A stretch of 64,000 nucleotides of DNA from Lama guanicoe (lineage: Eukaryota): assembly GCA_013239625.1 (NCBI GenBank), contig MU053810.1, positions 6,606,122 to 6,670,121 of the forward strand, read 5' to 3'. This document shows positions 26,780 through 40,324 of the stretch, piece by piece. The notes beneath the pieces are model-generated. The model saw nothing but the letters and a program-made list of their open reading frames with translations. It made no database searches and had not been told where the DNA came from. Every line of letters begins with the position of its first letter. Positions within the stretch are counted from its first letter, which is position 1. A program made the position numbers and the translations under genes.

Positions 26780-27960
26780 AAATGAATCATAGACCTAAAT
26801 GTAAAATGCAAGATATACAATTCATAAAAGATAACATAGGAGAAAACCTAGATGACCTTGGGTATGACAATGACCTTTTAGATATAACACCAAAGGTACA
26901 ACCTATGAAAGAAATAATTGACAAGCTGGGCTTTATTAACATTAAAAACTTCTGTTACAAAAGGTAATGTCAAGAGAATGAGAAGACAAGCCATAGACTG
27001 AGAAAAAATATTTACAAAGGATACATTTGATAAAGTACTGTTATTCAAAATATACAAAGAACCTATAAAGCTCAACAATAAGAAAACAAACAACCCAATT
27101 TAAAAAATTTTTAGAATGGCCAAAATCCAAAACACTGACAACACCAAATGCTGGTGAGGATGTGGAGCAACAGGAACTCTGATTCATTGCTGGTGGGAAT
27201 GCAAAATGGTATAGATACTCTGGAAGACAGTTTTGTGTTTTCTTACAAAAGTAAACATTCTCTTATAGAATACAGACATAGTGGTTTTTGGTGTTTACCC
27301 ACAGGAGTTGAAAACTTATGTCTATACAAAACCCTGCAAACGGATGTTTATAGCAATCTTACTCTTAATTGCCAAAACTTGGAAGCAATCAAGATGTCCT
27401 TCAGTAGGGGAATGGATAAAAAAACTATAGACAATAGAATATGATTCAGTGCTAAAAAGAAATGAGCTATCAAGCCATGAAAAGACATGGAGGAATCCTA
27501 AGTACATTTCACTAAATGAAAAAAGCCAATCTGAAAAAGCTACATACTTCATGATTCCAACACTATGACATTCTGGAAAAGGCAAAACTATGAAAACAGT
27601 AAAAAGATCAGTGATTTCAGGGGTGATATGGGGGTGATGGATGAATAGGTGGAGAACAGAGGGTTTTAGGGCAATGAAAATACTCTGTATGACACCATAA
27701 TGATGGATACATGTCATTATACATTCATCCAAAGTCAAAGGAAAATACACCACCAACAGTCAACCTTATGTAAACTGGAGACTTTGAATAATTATGATAA
27801 GTCAGTGTAGGTTCATCAATTATAACAAATGTAGTGACTCTGGTGGTGAATGTTGATAATGGGGATTATGCATGTGGCGGGGGCAGATGGTAAACAGGAA
27901 ATCTGTATCTTCTCTTAATTTCTCTGTGAACCTAAAATTTCTCTTAAAAATTGTCTTTTT
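26780..27960 (+). mobile_element. L1MC-type 3' fragment (ORF2 end plus 3'UTR)
   Basis: atcatagacctaaatgtaaaa...gataacataggagaaaaccta...tgctggtgaggatgtggagcaacaggaactc...ggatacatgtcattatacatt...gtgtaggttcatcaattataacaaatgta; ORF 26782-26967 is ORF2-like. Confidence 0.9.
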
Positions 27961-28743
27961 AAAAAAACAGGATAATGATGATACTTTGCAGTATTTTGAG
28001 GATTAGATGTAGTAAATGTAGGTCAAGTGATGAAATGCATTCAATAAGTGCTCAATAAGTGGTGGCCATTATTTTACCATTATTTTTTATTTGTGCAACT
28101 GTTTTTATTTCAACTGGTACAATTTAAGTTCCTTGAGGAAAAGCACTATATTTTATTTCCAGGATGTGCTGGAAGTTGACATGTGATAAACGATAAAAGT
28201 TTGCTGTAATAATTCATTCTTAATCAAACTAAATTGCCCCTAAATGTCTATTTGCAGAAAAAAACTGGTTATTTCAACTCAGATGCAGAATGTACACTGC
28301 TTTGCTTGTTTTAAAACTAAGATAAAGCATAACATATAAAGACTGTATTTAATTCTCTAATTAAGTAAAGGTAGCCCTAATCTCTTCTGCATCATAATTA
28401 CTGAGACGGTTGATGCTTCCTTACTGTGACCCTGATAATAATGATCTGTTATTTCATTGGAGAAATTTCCAGAGGAAGAGGTTGTGCTGGGTAACGTAGC
28501 GTGTAATTCTCTTATGGCCTCCTTTTTTCCCATGACCCTTATTGCCTTATTCCAGATATTTTGTCTAAGCCATTTCTAAATATTGTAGGGAACGGATTTA
28601 TAGAGTCGTACAATTTAAGAGCTGCATGGGATCTGAGCAATTAGGCTTCATTTTGCAGGTAACTGAGAGAAAAAACGACAAAGGACTCAGGGTCACACAG
28701 TGAGGAACCGTTTCTGCAATGGAATCAAAACTAATTTTTTGGC

Positions 28744-29130
28744 TGTTAAAACCAAGACAACAGGCTCCAAATGAAGTCACTGGTGCTAAGCCCCACGTCA
28801 CCAAACTGAGAGTTAATACCTAACTTAGTTTCAGTCTCTCTCAGAAATGGCATCTTAAACCTAGAATGCCTTGGTAAGAGAATATGTCTGAAAGATCCCT
28901 ACTGTCCCCTGAAAGGAAAGATGACCTGGACACAAACAAAGTGCTCTTTGCTGTATAATTCCTTGTCCCCTGGTCCCCCACCCTTTCTGCCTATAAAAGT
29001 CTTCCATTTTGTCCAGCACCTTGGACTGCCTTTTTACCCACTAGCTAGATGGGATGCTGCCAAATTCATGAATGAAACCTTTGGATAAAGCCAATAAGAT
29101 CTTTAAAATTTTCTCAGTTGAATTTTAACA
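28744..29130 (+). mobile_element. ERV1-like solo LTR
   Basis: TG...CA ends (tgttaaaacc...ttttaaca), aaatgaagtcactggtgctaagccccacgtcaccaaactgaga, TATA-like cctataaaag and terminal gccaataagatctttaaaatt. Confidence 0.6.
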
Positions 29131-29593
29131 TCATTTGTTAAAAAACACACACACAGCTCTTTAGGGAAAAAAAGAAATATGAGTTACAAAAATAGTCCCA
29201 TAAAACCATCACAGGGAAAAAAATCACCCAAAACCTCTCTCTGCTGATTTGGAAATCGCAGTGGCAGCAAAATATGAAACAATGAAAAATAAGGACAATG
29301 AATCAGCCCACAGATTAAATGTAAATTTCCACTAATATAAAAATACAAGAAAAAAGGATTTTTTGCTCCCCCCCACCCCCAGCCTCAGAAGGCATGTGAA
29401 TGTCCCTATGTGAAGCAGTGGGCATTCTGCTGTCTTTTAAACGGCCTTTCTTCTTCCTACACATTTCCGTTCTAATCCTGCATCTTTCTTCTATTTGAAA
29501 ACCAAAGCTAACTCAGGACAAGCCACACACTTGGATGTGCTGACGTCGATCAGGATCCCTCGCAGAGCCCGGCATCCTCTTTGCCTTACTTAC

Positions 29594-29796
29594 CCTTTTC
29601 TTTCTTAATCCTTTCCAATCTGAGTCCACTGATTTTTTTTTTTTCTAAGCAATTAATTTCTTGGCCAGGGCGCGGGATCCACAGGTTGGATGACTGGCAG
29701 CGAGCGGATCGGCTCCATCTGTCGGTGGCTGATAACGCCCTCCCTGGGGCCCCGGGTGCTGTCTCCACGCACAGAAAAGCCGGCAGCCTCATCCAT
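29594..29796 (-). other. Candidate exon (non-coding, 5'UTR or first exon) of an unidentified minus-strand transcript
   Basis: Strong donor AGG|GTAAGT (29593-29588), T-tract ...TTTTTTTTGCCGGCCTGCCTGCAG acceptor before 29796, local CpG enrichment in non-repetitive DNA. Confidence 0.4.
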
Positions 29797-31763
29797 CTGC
29801 AGGCAGGCCGGCAAAAAAAACAAATCACGTTGTTATTTGACAGGAACAAAGGGGTACAGGCAGCACATTTAGAGGCACAGCAGGGAAGCTTTGGGAGGGG
29901 TGCAGTGGTCCCACCCACAGTGAGTGACGGTTCCTCCAAAGCCCATGGTATTTTTTCCCTCTTTGGGAAAAAGAAAGAAAGAAAAAAAAGAAATGACTGG
30001 ATGGGGAAACGGGAATTTTGTGACAGTTCTAGGGAGAGGACTGGTAATTCCTGACTGTCCTTGGCTTCACACTTTAGAAAAGAAAGACTAGGGAAGGGGG
30101 CAGTTATAATAATTATAATTTAGTTGCAATGTAAATAAATAAACACAGAAATGGCAGGGCTGATGTCAGAGCCTCTGGAAAGATGTGGTTGAACTCGTGG
30201 GTTTTTCTTGGAAAGTAAATAACAGCATTTGTTGTTCTATTAAGGGCACCAAAATGCCGATGACACTTCAACAGAAGGGGGAGCTAGACATGCGTTTGGG
30301 GTAGGTGGGGTGGAGATAAAGTGAAAATCACTTTAACTATAAAACAGACATTCCACAGGCTATGGACAGTCAGGACAAAGATTTTCAAATCAGAAAGATT
30401 TTTTTAATGTTTTATTAAATTACTTATAATTAGCAAATATTTCAGATTTAAGTAAATGGTTGAAGCATAATATTTGGAGGGAGTATCTGAAACCTTAAAA
30501 AGCAAAAGTTTTGTGACTTTCTTGTCTCATTATTTTGTTCCCTCAGACACCATTCATTTAGGGACAAGTTAGCCTCATCCGAACGTACCATCCCACCCTT
30601 GCCAAAAGCAGTATCTTCTACTTTGATACGTGAAGTTGATGCTTTAGAAAGAAGCAGACTCCAATGTATTAAGTTAGATTCCCCCCCTTTCCTCCTTATA
30701 TATCTTTTTTCTTTCTGTCCCCACCTCCTCTCCCCTCTCTCTAGAATTCAGCAAATATAAGTCCTCTTCTAGAGACAAGCACATCCCAGACCTTTTTGAA
30801 TCCAAGCTTCTGGTAACAGCCTGTCCTCAAGGATGCCCCAGACCCTCTAGCATTGCTGGGACCCATTGACATGTATCCAAATTCCTCCCTTGATATTTTT
30901 ATCTACTTCAGAAGACCATCTATATGGAGATTAGAGAATCCCTAATGGGCAAGGAATTTAAATGCATATTTGCTAATAATCATATAAAATGACTTCTTTA
31001 CCTCTTTCACAGCTGATGGATAGAAGATGACTATATTTCAATAAGCTCTTCCTTTCTACTTATGCTTAGGACTAACACCATCTACTGGAAAGAATCTGAG
31101 GTGAAACAATCAGAACGGGCAATTAAATTTGTCTAAACAGCACCAACATTTCTGGACTTTAAGTGTAAAAACAGACTGAAGATGCAATCAGTCACATTCA
31201 TACTATGGCGTAGGGTGGTGAGGGACAGGTATTTTGGGTGATACAGCAATAAATAACTAATTGACATATACAATGGAATATTTGCATAGTAGACATACAT
31301 TTTCACAGTCACAGTAATTGACAAGACTCGGGTGTCTGTAAATACTGCTTTTTTTTTTAAATCTGTGATTCAATTTGATTTTTTCCTTCTCAGTGTCCAA
31401 TTCTGTTCTTGACAGAAAATATAATCTGGTCACTGCCAAGTTGTTCTTCTACCCAATTTCTCTGTCAGTCCATCTCTACACCTTATTTTGTTTTTAATTT
31501 TTGCATTCCAATCCAAGGTCTGATTTCCACAATTCTCAAACACAGTTAGGCGAGAGTTCTGCCCTTTCCCCACCTTTTCCTGGAGGGTGGAGAAAGGGAG
31601 GCATTAGGGTTCAGGGGAAATGAATGTATCAGTGCATAAGGGTAGCCCATAGGCACAAGTCTTTCACTGTAGATGGTATTTGCTTTGGCTGAGACTCTGC
31701 CCCCACCTGCAGCGCTGTAGGAAAGATCAGGCCTGATGTGGTCCCCAAGTAGATGACACTGTA

Positions 31764-31765
<2 letters not shown>

Positions 31766-31808
<43 letters not shown>

Positions 31809-31820
31809 ACAAACAAACAA
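31766..31820. repeat. (CAA)n followed by (CAAA)n microsatellite
   Basis: Directly visible; explains the poly-V and poly-L ORFs. Confidence 0.95.
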
Positions 31821-33154
31821 CTTCCCCAAAGCAGGTAGGAGCATGGGAGGAGTCAGGAAAGGAAATAAATGAAGTTTGTTTTTTCTGGTCACGAATAAAC
31901 AGGTTAAGTCCAAGCTTGATGTCTGAGAACTTCTGGGGCCTGTGGCTTCCCAGCTGATTCAGGCTGGACTGATGGTGGCAGTAAAGTTGTCACTAAAGGA
32001 TTTCTGCTAAGAAAAGGCGGCAGCTGCTTCTCCTGGGCAGAAATTAGGCTGTGGGCCTGTGGAGAAGCTAGGCTCCTAGCTTACTGCACTTCTCCACTTA
32101 GCGTTCATGGAGTCCTTACTGATACAAAAAAATGTATGCTGTTGCCTCAGATTCTGGGTCTTCAGATTCTGGGGGAAGTTATTTTTCTGTGAGCTTTCTT
32201 TGTACCTTTTTTCCAAATCTTAAAAAAAAAAAATTCTGAAATGCCTGTTTACCTTGCTTTTTCCAAACAATCAGCACATTAGTTTTGACCTTGTAATACC
32301 CAGGCAAACGTTCTGAGAATGAATAGAACATCTAAGCCAGACAGAGCTGCGAGAGACGGGCAGAATCAGCACGGGCGTAGAGCATCTTAGCGAGTTCCTT
32401 GACCAACCAAACCTCTGCTATTAACTTGGCCACAGCCCTTACCTTTCTTCTCTTTAGCACGGCAGGGCCGAGATCTGGCTAATAGAGCATTTTATCTCAG
32501 TGTTTCACTGAGCTGATTTAATTGATTCTAATTACAAAGATCATATTCCGTCATAGCAGTCACTGTGCCTTTTCACATCATAAATGGATGCAGAATTTGT
32601 CTTCCTTTGTGACGCGGCTTGCACATTTGCTCCATTTTGCTGGGTGAGTAAACAGTTAAATGTCTTGCAGTTTGCTTTGCCACCCAGGGTTAGAAAGAAA
32701 ACAGGTCATTTATCCTCAAAAGCTCCCAGGAGACTTGAAGGAGGGTGTGCTGCTTTTAAACAGATTTCTGTAGGAAAGCGCACAGTCATTTTAAAGCTTG
32801 TGACGTATTTTTAAGATTATTCATTTCCTATCTGTCAGTCCCTACCTTCTGACTTTATCTTTTTCTGGTTTCCAACAGCGAAGTCCAGGTTGACTCAACA
32901 CTGCCCCCGAGTGTCATTTCAGAACATAGGCCCAGAGAAAAAATGGGAAGACAAAGAGCCGCTCAGCAGAAAAACAGAACACATTATCAAAATTTATCTA
33001 TTTCTTGAATTGTTCCTCCTGTTGCTATTTAAAGAGAATATCTCATGTAATAAAATAAACTGGACAAATACCATTGTAGAGGCTTCTTTCTGCAAAGTCC
33101 TGTGCTATGGGTAGTGGCTACAAAGAAAAGACCATACAAGCCTTTCAAGGCTTT

Positions 33155-33843
33155 TTTTTTTTTAATAAATTTTTATTTATTTATGTATTTATTTTACAAT
33201 ATCATATTTTTTAATTGAAGTATAGTTGATGTACAATATTGTATATTACAGACATACAATACAGCAATTCACAGTTTTTAAAGGTTATACTCCATTTATA
33301 GTTATTACAAAATATTGGTATATTCCCCATGCTGTGCAAAACATCCCTGTAGATTATTTTATACCCGATAGTTTGTACCTCTTAATCCTCCACCTCCATC
33401 TTGCCTCTCTCCCTCCCCTCTCCCCACTGGTAGCCACTAGCTCCTTCTCTACACCTGTGAGTCTGTTTCTTTTCTGTTATATCCACTAGTTTGTTGCATA
33501 TTTTTAGACTCCACATGTAAGTGATCTCTTACAGTATCTGTCTCTTTCTGCATGACTTATTTCACTTAGCATTATGCCTTCCAAGTCCATCCATGCTGTA
33601 CATCAGAAACTAATAAAACATTTTGAATCAACCGTACTTCAATTAAAAAGCGAACAGCAACAAACCAACCCATTTAAAATATGGGCAGAAAAACTGAATA
33701 GACATTTTTTCCAAAAGAGGAAATGCAGATGGCCAACAGGAACAGGAAAAGGTGCTCAACATCACTAATAACAGGGAAATGCAAATGAAAACCACAGTGA
33801 GATACCATCTCACATCTATCAGAATGGCCATCATCAATAAGAA
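33155..33843 (-). mobile_element. L1 insertion with 5' inversion (twin-priming type)
   Basis: Poly-T and antisense L1 3'UTR at 33155-33597, then sense L1 pieces at 33594-33843; TSD caaggcttt at 33146-33154 and 33844-33852. Confidence 0.8.
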
Positions 33844-35000
33844 CAAGGCTTTAAAAAAAAATGAGAGAAACAAGAATGGATTAAAGGTTAAGTGAAAATG
33901 ACTAGCAGATGTCACCAGAATGTACTGATGAACTGTTTAAATAATGACAAAACAATCTAATCAGTGTAGCTGATTTTTTAATGCAATATACTATAAACTG
34001 TACCACCCCCAATGATGTGCTAATATTTCCCTGAGCACTTCCCTCTGACACCTGAAAAGAGCATCTCCTTATCCCGGCCTCCTCTTTTTCCCTTCTCCAG
34101 ATTCAGGTTCAAGAATGACGGAGGTGGGTTCTTGTGATTTGAGTCATTCTGTCATCTATAATCACAAAATGCCAGCTCAGAAAGTGGCAGGAATGTGGAA
34201 AAATTGACCTGCTTGGGCTCTGTCAATTAGTAAAGAGAAAAATCCACACAAGAGCAGGAGAAACAATGATATGTAAAGGAGTTCCCTTTGGAGAGACATA
34301 TTTGGATTGAAAGGTGTGCCCTGAGTAACATATAAATTGATTGCTTGGAATCCAAACAATTTTCTGCCCCAAAGTATTGTTATTTATGGTCCCAGGTGAG
34401 GAAACAAACATTTATTTCATCCATAACAATATTGGTTGAGTTGATGTCAAAGCACAAAGATAAAAAAAGAGGGGGGAGGGGGAGGGGGAGGGAGAAGTTC
34501 GTATTGCCTTGAGTACAAGACCAGCCTTAAAAAAAAAAAAACTGGCACTTGGCATTGGTTTTCCCTACCTCCTTCTTGAACCTTTCTCCATGCTGTCCTG
34601 AGCACCTCCCTGTTGCTCTTACCCTTTCTTCCAAAGGGACTCAGACTCCAAAATTATTTCCTACACTCCTCCTAATCAAAATAATCATTCCCTGGGCACA
34701 TTTGGTCTCCATTAGGCATTAGGAGCTGTGGAAATTAATTCAACTAGTTAACTTTACAGTGATAGCTCTTCAACATCCCAGAAATAGCCCCGTTTTTTTC
34801 CCCCTAAATGCATTTCTAAATGGGTGGAACATTCGAAACATCAGAGTTTCTCAAAGCAAAATGAGAAAGGAAGATTTGTAGATCTGTCTTGCCTGTGCTA
34901 CTTCTGCCTGTTTTGGTCGCATTCTTGGTCCTTTACTTCTGAAACATGTATAAATGCAGGTCATCTTCATGACTAGGCAGCAGTAGTAGGTGGTGAAGTG

Positions 35001-35165
35001 GTGGCCCTGAAGACACAAATTGGCCTTGGTCACTGGCCTTGAAAACACACACTAGACTTGGGTCATTGGCAGAGATGGCAACACCGGGCCTGTGTCACTG
35101 GACCTGAAGACACACACTTGGCATTGGTCACTGGCCCTGAAGACACACACTTGGCCTGTGTCACC
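35001..35165. repeat. Minisatellite, ~33-bp unit, ~5 degenerate copies
   Basis: Unit approximately tggccctgaagacacacacttggccttggtcac. Confidence 0.85.
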
Positions 35166-37289
35166 TGGGGAGGGGGTGCCATGGCAGCATCTTCTCTGAA
35201 GGAATGAGTTGCTTCTGAGTTAGATGCTGCTTCAATCCCCTAGACTCCAAAAGCCTCACTGGAGTGATACAACTTTTCAACCTGAAATGCTAAATGTTTA
35301 GATTTCTCTTCAAATCCTTTCTATAGCTTCATTGGATGACTACCATCAGAATGAGTGAAGGGAACACACGGAATAGCCAGCTTCCTTAGTGATTCATTGG
35401 GACCAGTCAGTATTTAATCACAGCTCTCAGCTCAGACTATATAATTTAAACTTCACTAATCGTCTTTGTGATTTGTCAGCCACATCTACAGGCTGTCTTT
35501 GAACTAAGAACCTCGCTTATCTTTGGAATTAAGCAGGCAGCCTTAGCCTCAGGCCTTCAATTCAGTGTGAGTCATTTAATGGCTAAATCAAACCGTGTGT
35601 CAGGGAGCAAACTGGCTTCCCTGGACCTCAGTCTCTGATAATAATGATAATCCAGACAAGTCTGCTCTAACTTCTTTGGGTTATTTCCCTAGTACCTTGA
35701 CATGTTAATTTCCATAAACATATTTGAGGTCTAATGTACACAAATCACTTTTGGTAGTGGTGTAGAAGAATATGTTTTGACAGTTAATACACTTTTTGGA
35801 AAGAAATATGTAATCAAAAGGTAATAGTTGGCCTTATTTGATGGCCTTCCTCAAATCACATATTTTGGGTGATTCTGCTAATGACTCTTTACTAGAAGAA
35901 CACATCATACTCATTCACGGTCTTCAGCAGAGTTAGAATGGTGACTTTATATGAAAATTACAATTTCCCTAACTACATTTTCATCTTGAAGGTCTGCCTT
36001 CAACTCTTTGACTGTGAACAGGGTTACTCAGCTAAAAAGAAGTTGTATTTGCTTAAATATTAATAGGAAGGCAAGTCATCAAATTCTGATGGATTTCTTA
36101 GGGAAATATAAATAACATTTACATACTCAGACGGCTCAAATCAAGTTTAGATGGAAAGAATGTACTTGTAGTTCTGAAAGAAGGTTTTAGCACCATAATT
36201 TATCTTTTTGGAAAAACCTAATGCTAATGTTCATAAAATATAAGTCCAATTTGATCTGAAGCAGCAGGAATGATTTGAAATTAAGTCACTTCTCATAATT
36301 CAATATCATGTTCATCCATATAAATGAGAATTTTTGAATTTTCATTACTTCTTTGTCAATCTGACTTAACATCATCTCAATTCTGTGTCAGGGTTAACTG
36401 AAAAGCTGAAAAACTCTAGGCTGAATGCTATTCTATAAAATACTAAAATATCAATTCATTGTGCATGTGTGGTGGGAGAGGAAGAAAATTAGACATTTGT
36501 GCCTCGTATGATACTTTGCATAATGGATAAACTTTGGATAATTATTTATCATGATGATGAAAATAATTAAATCAACCATCACACCATTTTCAGCCATGTG
36601 GAAGTTATTGAACTTTCAATAGAAGACTTTAGGTTGTCCTTAAGGAGAAATGTCAGGAAGAAAGGATCACCTGGGATTTGACTTGGAAATTAAACACTGG
36701 CAAATAACTCATGTGACATTTGTGGAATTCACAGGACGCTCAAACTAAACAAACCAGTGACTTTGTGTAGACATAGTTTGCTCAACAAGTCTCACTTTTG
36801 AAAATTTTCCTCTTGCTTTTGATGTTCTCCTAGTGGAACAATGAAATGCCTACTGTGTGTACTTACAAGCTATACTGAATAGCAAAGTTTTCACTCTAGA
36901 AATTTATGGAAATCACTGTAGAGGCAAGTAGACAGAACACTGCTTATGATCTTATTTTTGCAGATTTGGTCTTCCTGAAAATGAGGTTCATGATCCATCA
37001 CCAATTGTCCAAGTATTTTTCTAGAGTGAAACTTTTGGGATGATTCCCTCTTATCATTCTGAAACCTGCAATTTTTATATGTTACATTCATTTTCACCTT
37101 GTGATAACAATTGCATCTCAATTGCTGTGAAGAGTTAGCAACGTATTATAAATCTGCCTTTTGTGAATTCTGCAAAGCCAGGAAATCATCAGTGGCGTTT
37201 CCCCACAATTTCATGTTTCAGTCAAATCAATTGTGTGGAAAATCAACCAGTCTGGCAACATTGCTAAAGGGTATAGTCCAAACTCCATA

Positions 37290-38160
37290 TGCTTTAAAAA
37301 ATAAATAAATAAACTTATTATTTTAGAATCATTTTAGATTTATAAAAAAAACTTTGGAGATGGTACAGAGTTCCCATGTGCCCCACACTCAGTCTCCCTT
37401 ATTATTAACATCTTGTATTACCACAGTATGTTTGTCAGAGTTAATGAACCAATACTGAAACATTATTATTATTATGTAAATTCCATATTCAGATTTCCAT
37501 AGTGCCTACCTAATGTCCTTCTCTGTTATACGATCCTGTCCAGGATCGCACGTTATATTTAGTTCTCTTGTTTCCCTAGACTCTTCTGAACTGGGACAGT
37601 CTTTTTTAGACTTTCCTCATTTTTGATGACTTTGACAGTTTTGAGGACTACTTCATGGCTGGTGTTTGTAGACTGTCCTTCAGTCTGAGTTTTTCTGCTG
37701 TTACTCTTGTCATGAAATGTGTTACGGGTTTTCGGGAGGAAGGCATCAGCGATACGGGGCCATTCTATCAACATGACTTCACCATGATCAGGTGCCTAAT
37801 GTAGAATTTGTCAGGTTTCTCCACGAAAAAGATGCTCTTTTCCCCTTTGACCATTTATAAGGAAGTCACTGTGTGCAGCCCACACATAGAGGATAGAAAG
37901 CTATCCTCCACCTCCCTGAGAATGGAGTTTCTACATAAATTCATTGTACTTCTGCATGGGAAATTTGTGCATTCTCCTCCATTTATTTATTTATCCAGTC
38001 GTTTATTTATATCAGTACAGATATTTACTTTCTACTTTGGGTTCTAACTCAATACTATGCTATGTATTTGTTCAGATTCTCCAGGCTTTGTCCACTGGGG
38101 GGCTCCTTCAGTTGACTCCTGTATGCCTTCAACACGACCCCATCAACGTGTTTTATTTTT
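37290..38160 (-). mobile_element. L1MC4-like 3' fragment
   Basis: ttattattttagaatcattttagatttata...acagagttcccatgtgccccacactcag...ccttctctgt...tccaggatcgcacgttatatttagtt...ttttgatgactttgacagttttgagg. Confidence 0.8.
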
Positions 38161-38189
38161 TCTTTTCTTGTATTAGTGTTGTGTTTACT

Positions 38190-38960
38190 TTCTCACATTT
38201 ACGGATTTTCCAAAGTCCCTTCTGTCATTGATTTCTATTTATATTCCATTTTGTTCTGAGATATACTTTGCATAATTTCATTTCATTTAAAGGTGCAGAG
38301 GTTTGTTTTATGGTCTAACATATGGTCTTTCCTGGAGAATGTTCCACACACACTTTAGGAAGAATTTGTATTCTGCTGTCCTGTCCAGTGGTCTATAGAT
38401 GCCTTTTGGTCTAGTTGATTTGTAGTGTCATCCGGTTTTCTGTTTCCTTGCTGATCTTCTGTCCATTATTGAAAAGTCCTCAACTCTTCTTCTTCTTCTT
38501 ATTTTACACACAAAATATATATGTTAATTGAGATAAAGTTTTTGCACAATATTAAATAAGTTACAGGTGTACGACACAGTGATTCACAATGGTTAATTGT
38601 TTGTGGATTGTGCTTTTGGTCATGTTTTTAAAAATTCATTACCAAACCCAAGTCACCTAGCTTCTTCTCCTATGTTCTCTTCTAGAAGTTTCATAGTTTT
38701 CTATTTTACATATAGAGCTGTGATCCACTTTTTGTTCATTTTTTTGTAAGTTCTGTGTCTAGGTTTTTTTTTTTTTTTTTTTTTATTTTTTTTGCACACA
38801 GGTGTCCATTGCAAAAAAAAAATCATTCTTTGTGGAAAAGACTATTATTTTTCCTTAAATTACATATGAAAGTGTAATTCTTCTAGGATCATATTTTGAA
38901 AATACTGTCTCTTTTTGCATTGAATTGCCTTTGCATCATTGTCAAAACTCAGTTGACTGT
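38190..38960 (-). mobile_element. Antisense L1 ORF2 fragments (several, old)
   Basis: tttgttttatggtctaacatatggtctttcctggagaatgttccac; cttcttctcctatgttctcttctagaagtttcatagtttt; ttgaattgcctttgcatcattgtcaaaa. Confidence 0.7.
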
Positions 38961-38964
38961 TTTT

Positions 38965-40202
38965 TCATAATTGCTACTTGGAAAACTGAATATGCACATG
39001 CAAAAGAATGAAATTGGATCTTTATCTTTATCATATACAAAAATGAATTCAAAAGGGATCAAAGACCTAAATGTAGGCATTGAAACTATAAAACTCAGAA
39101 AAAAAAATGAGAGAAAATCTTCATGACATTAAATTCAGCAGTGAGTTCTTAAATATGACATCAAAAGCATAGGCAACAATGGAAAAGAAGATAAATTGGA
39201 TGTCATCAAAATTAAAAATTTTGTGCATCAACGGACACTACTAAGAGAGTGAAAAGACAACCGGTAGAATGGGAGAGGATATTTGCAAATCATATATTTG
39301 ATAAGGATTAATATTCACTGTGTATGAAGAAGTCCTACAAGTCAACAATGACAAAAACCAAACAGCCAATTCAAAACAGGCAAAGGACTTGAATAGACAT
39401 TCCTTCAAAAAAGATACACAACTGTCCAATATGCATAGAAAAAAATGCTCAATATCACTAATCATTAGGAAAATGCAAGTGCAAATCAAAACCACTATGA
39501 TATGTCGCTGCACTATTAGTACGCATATTATATATAATCACAGGAGAAACTGGGGCCCTTGTGTATTATTGCTGGTGGGAGTGTGAAGTGGTGTCGCCAC
39601 CATGGAAAACAATTAGTTCCTCAAAAAGTCAAATGCATAATTAATGTACAATCGAGCAATTTTACTCCTAGGTAAATAACCAAAAGAATTAAAGCTGGAC
39701 TCAAACAGATACTGTAAACTAGTGTTCATAGCAGCACACTTTACAATAGCCCAAAGGCGGAAATGCCCCAAATATCCATCAACTGATGAATGGATAAACA
39801 AGATGTGGTATATCCATACAATGGAATAGTATTTGATCTCAAAAGGGAATGAAATTCTGGTACAGGCTACAACAACGGATGAGCCTTGAAAACATTGTTT
39901 CAAGTGAAATAAGCCAGACACAAAATGACATATATTGTATAAGTCCACTTGTGTGAAGTACCTAGAAAAGGCAAATTCACAGAGACAGAACATAGCATAG
40001 AAGGTACCAAGGCCTGGGAAGAGGGGAATTATTGTTTAATGGGTACAGCCTTTCTGCTTGGGATGCTGAAAAAATTCTGGAAATGGACAGTGGTGATTTT
40101 TGGAACAACAAAGTGAATGTAGTTAACGTCACTGAAATTGATGCTTAAACACAATTAAAATGGTAAAATTTCTACTCTGTATATTTTGCCACAATAAAAA
40201 AT
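38965..40202 (+). mobile_element. L1MB-type 3' fragment nested in an antisense L1
   Basis: aaaactgaatatgcacatgcaaaagaatgaaattgga...ccaaatatccatcaactgatgaatggataaacaagatgtgg...tgtttaatgggtacag...gtatattttgccacaataaaaa; the antisense L1 resumes at ~40205. Confidence 0.88.
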
Positions 40203-40324
40203 AATCTGTGGACTATGTGTGGGCTTATTTTTGGAATCTCTATTCTGTTCCACTGATCTTTCTGTCTATTCTTTCATAAATATCTCACTGTCTTGATCAC
40301 TGGAGCTTAAAAGTAAGGCTTGCA

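Noticed and set aside
29581..30054. 157-aa and 117-aa overlapping ORFs
   Set aside because: No recognisable homology, non-ATG starts, and they cross homopolymer runs; the region is better explained as non-coding or regulatory
31546..31913. Poly-Val and poly-Leu ORFs
   Set aside because: Artefacts of the (CAA)n microsatellite
35001..35165. CRISPR-like array
   Set aside because: Contiguous degenerate tandem units without unique spacers, in a mammalian context with no cas genes
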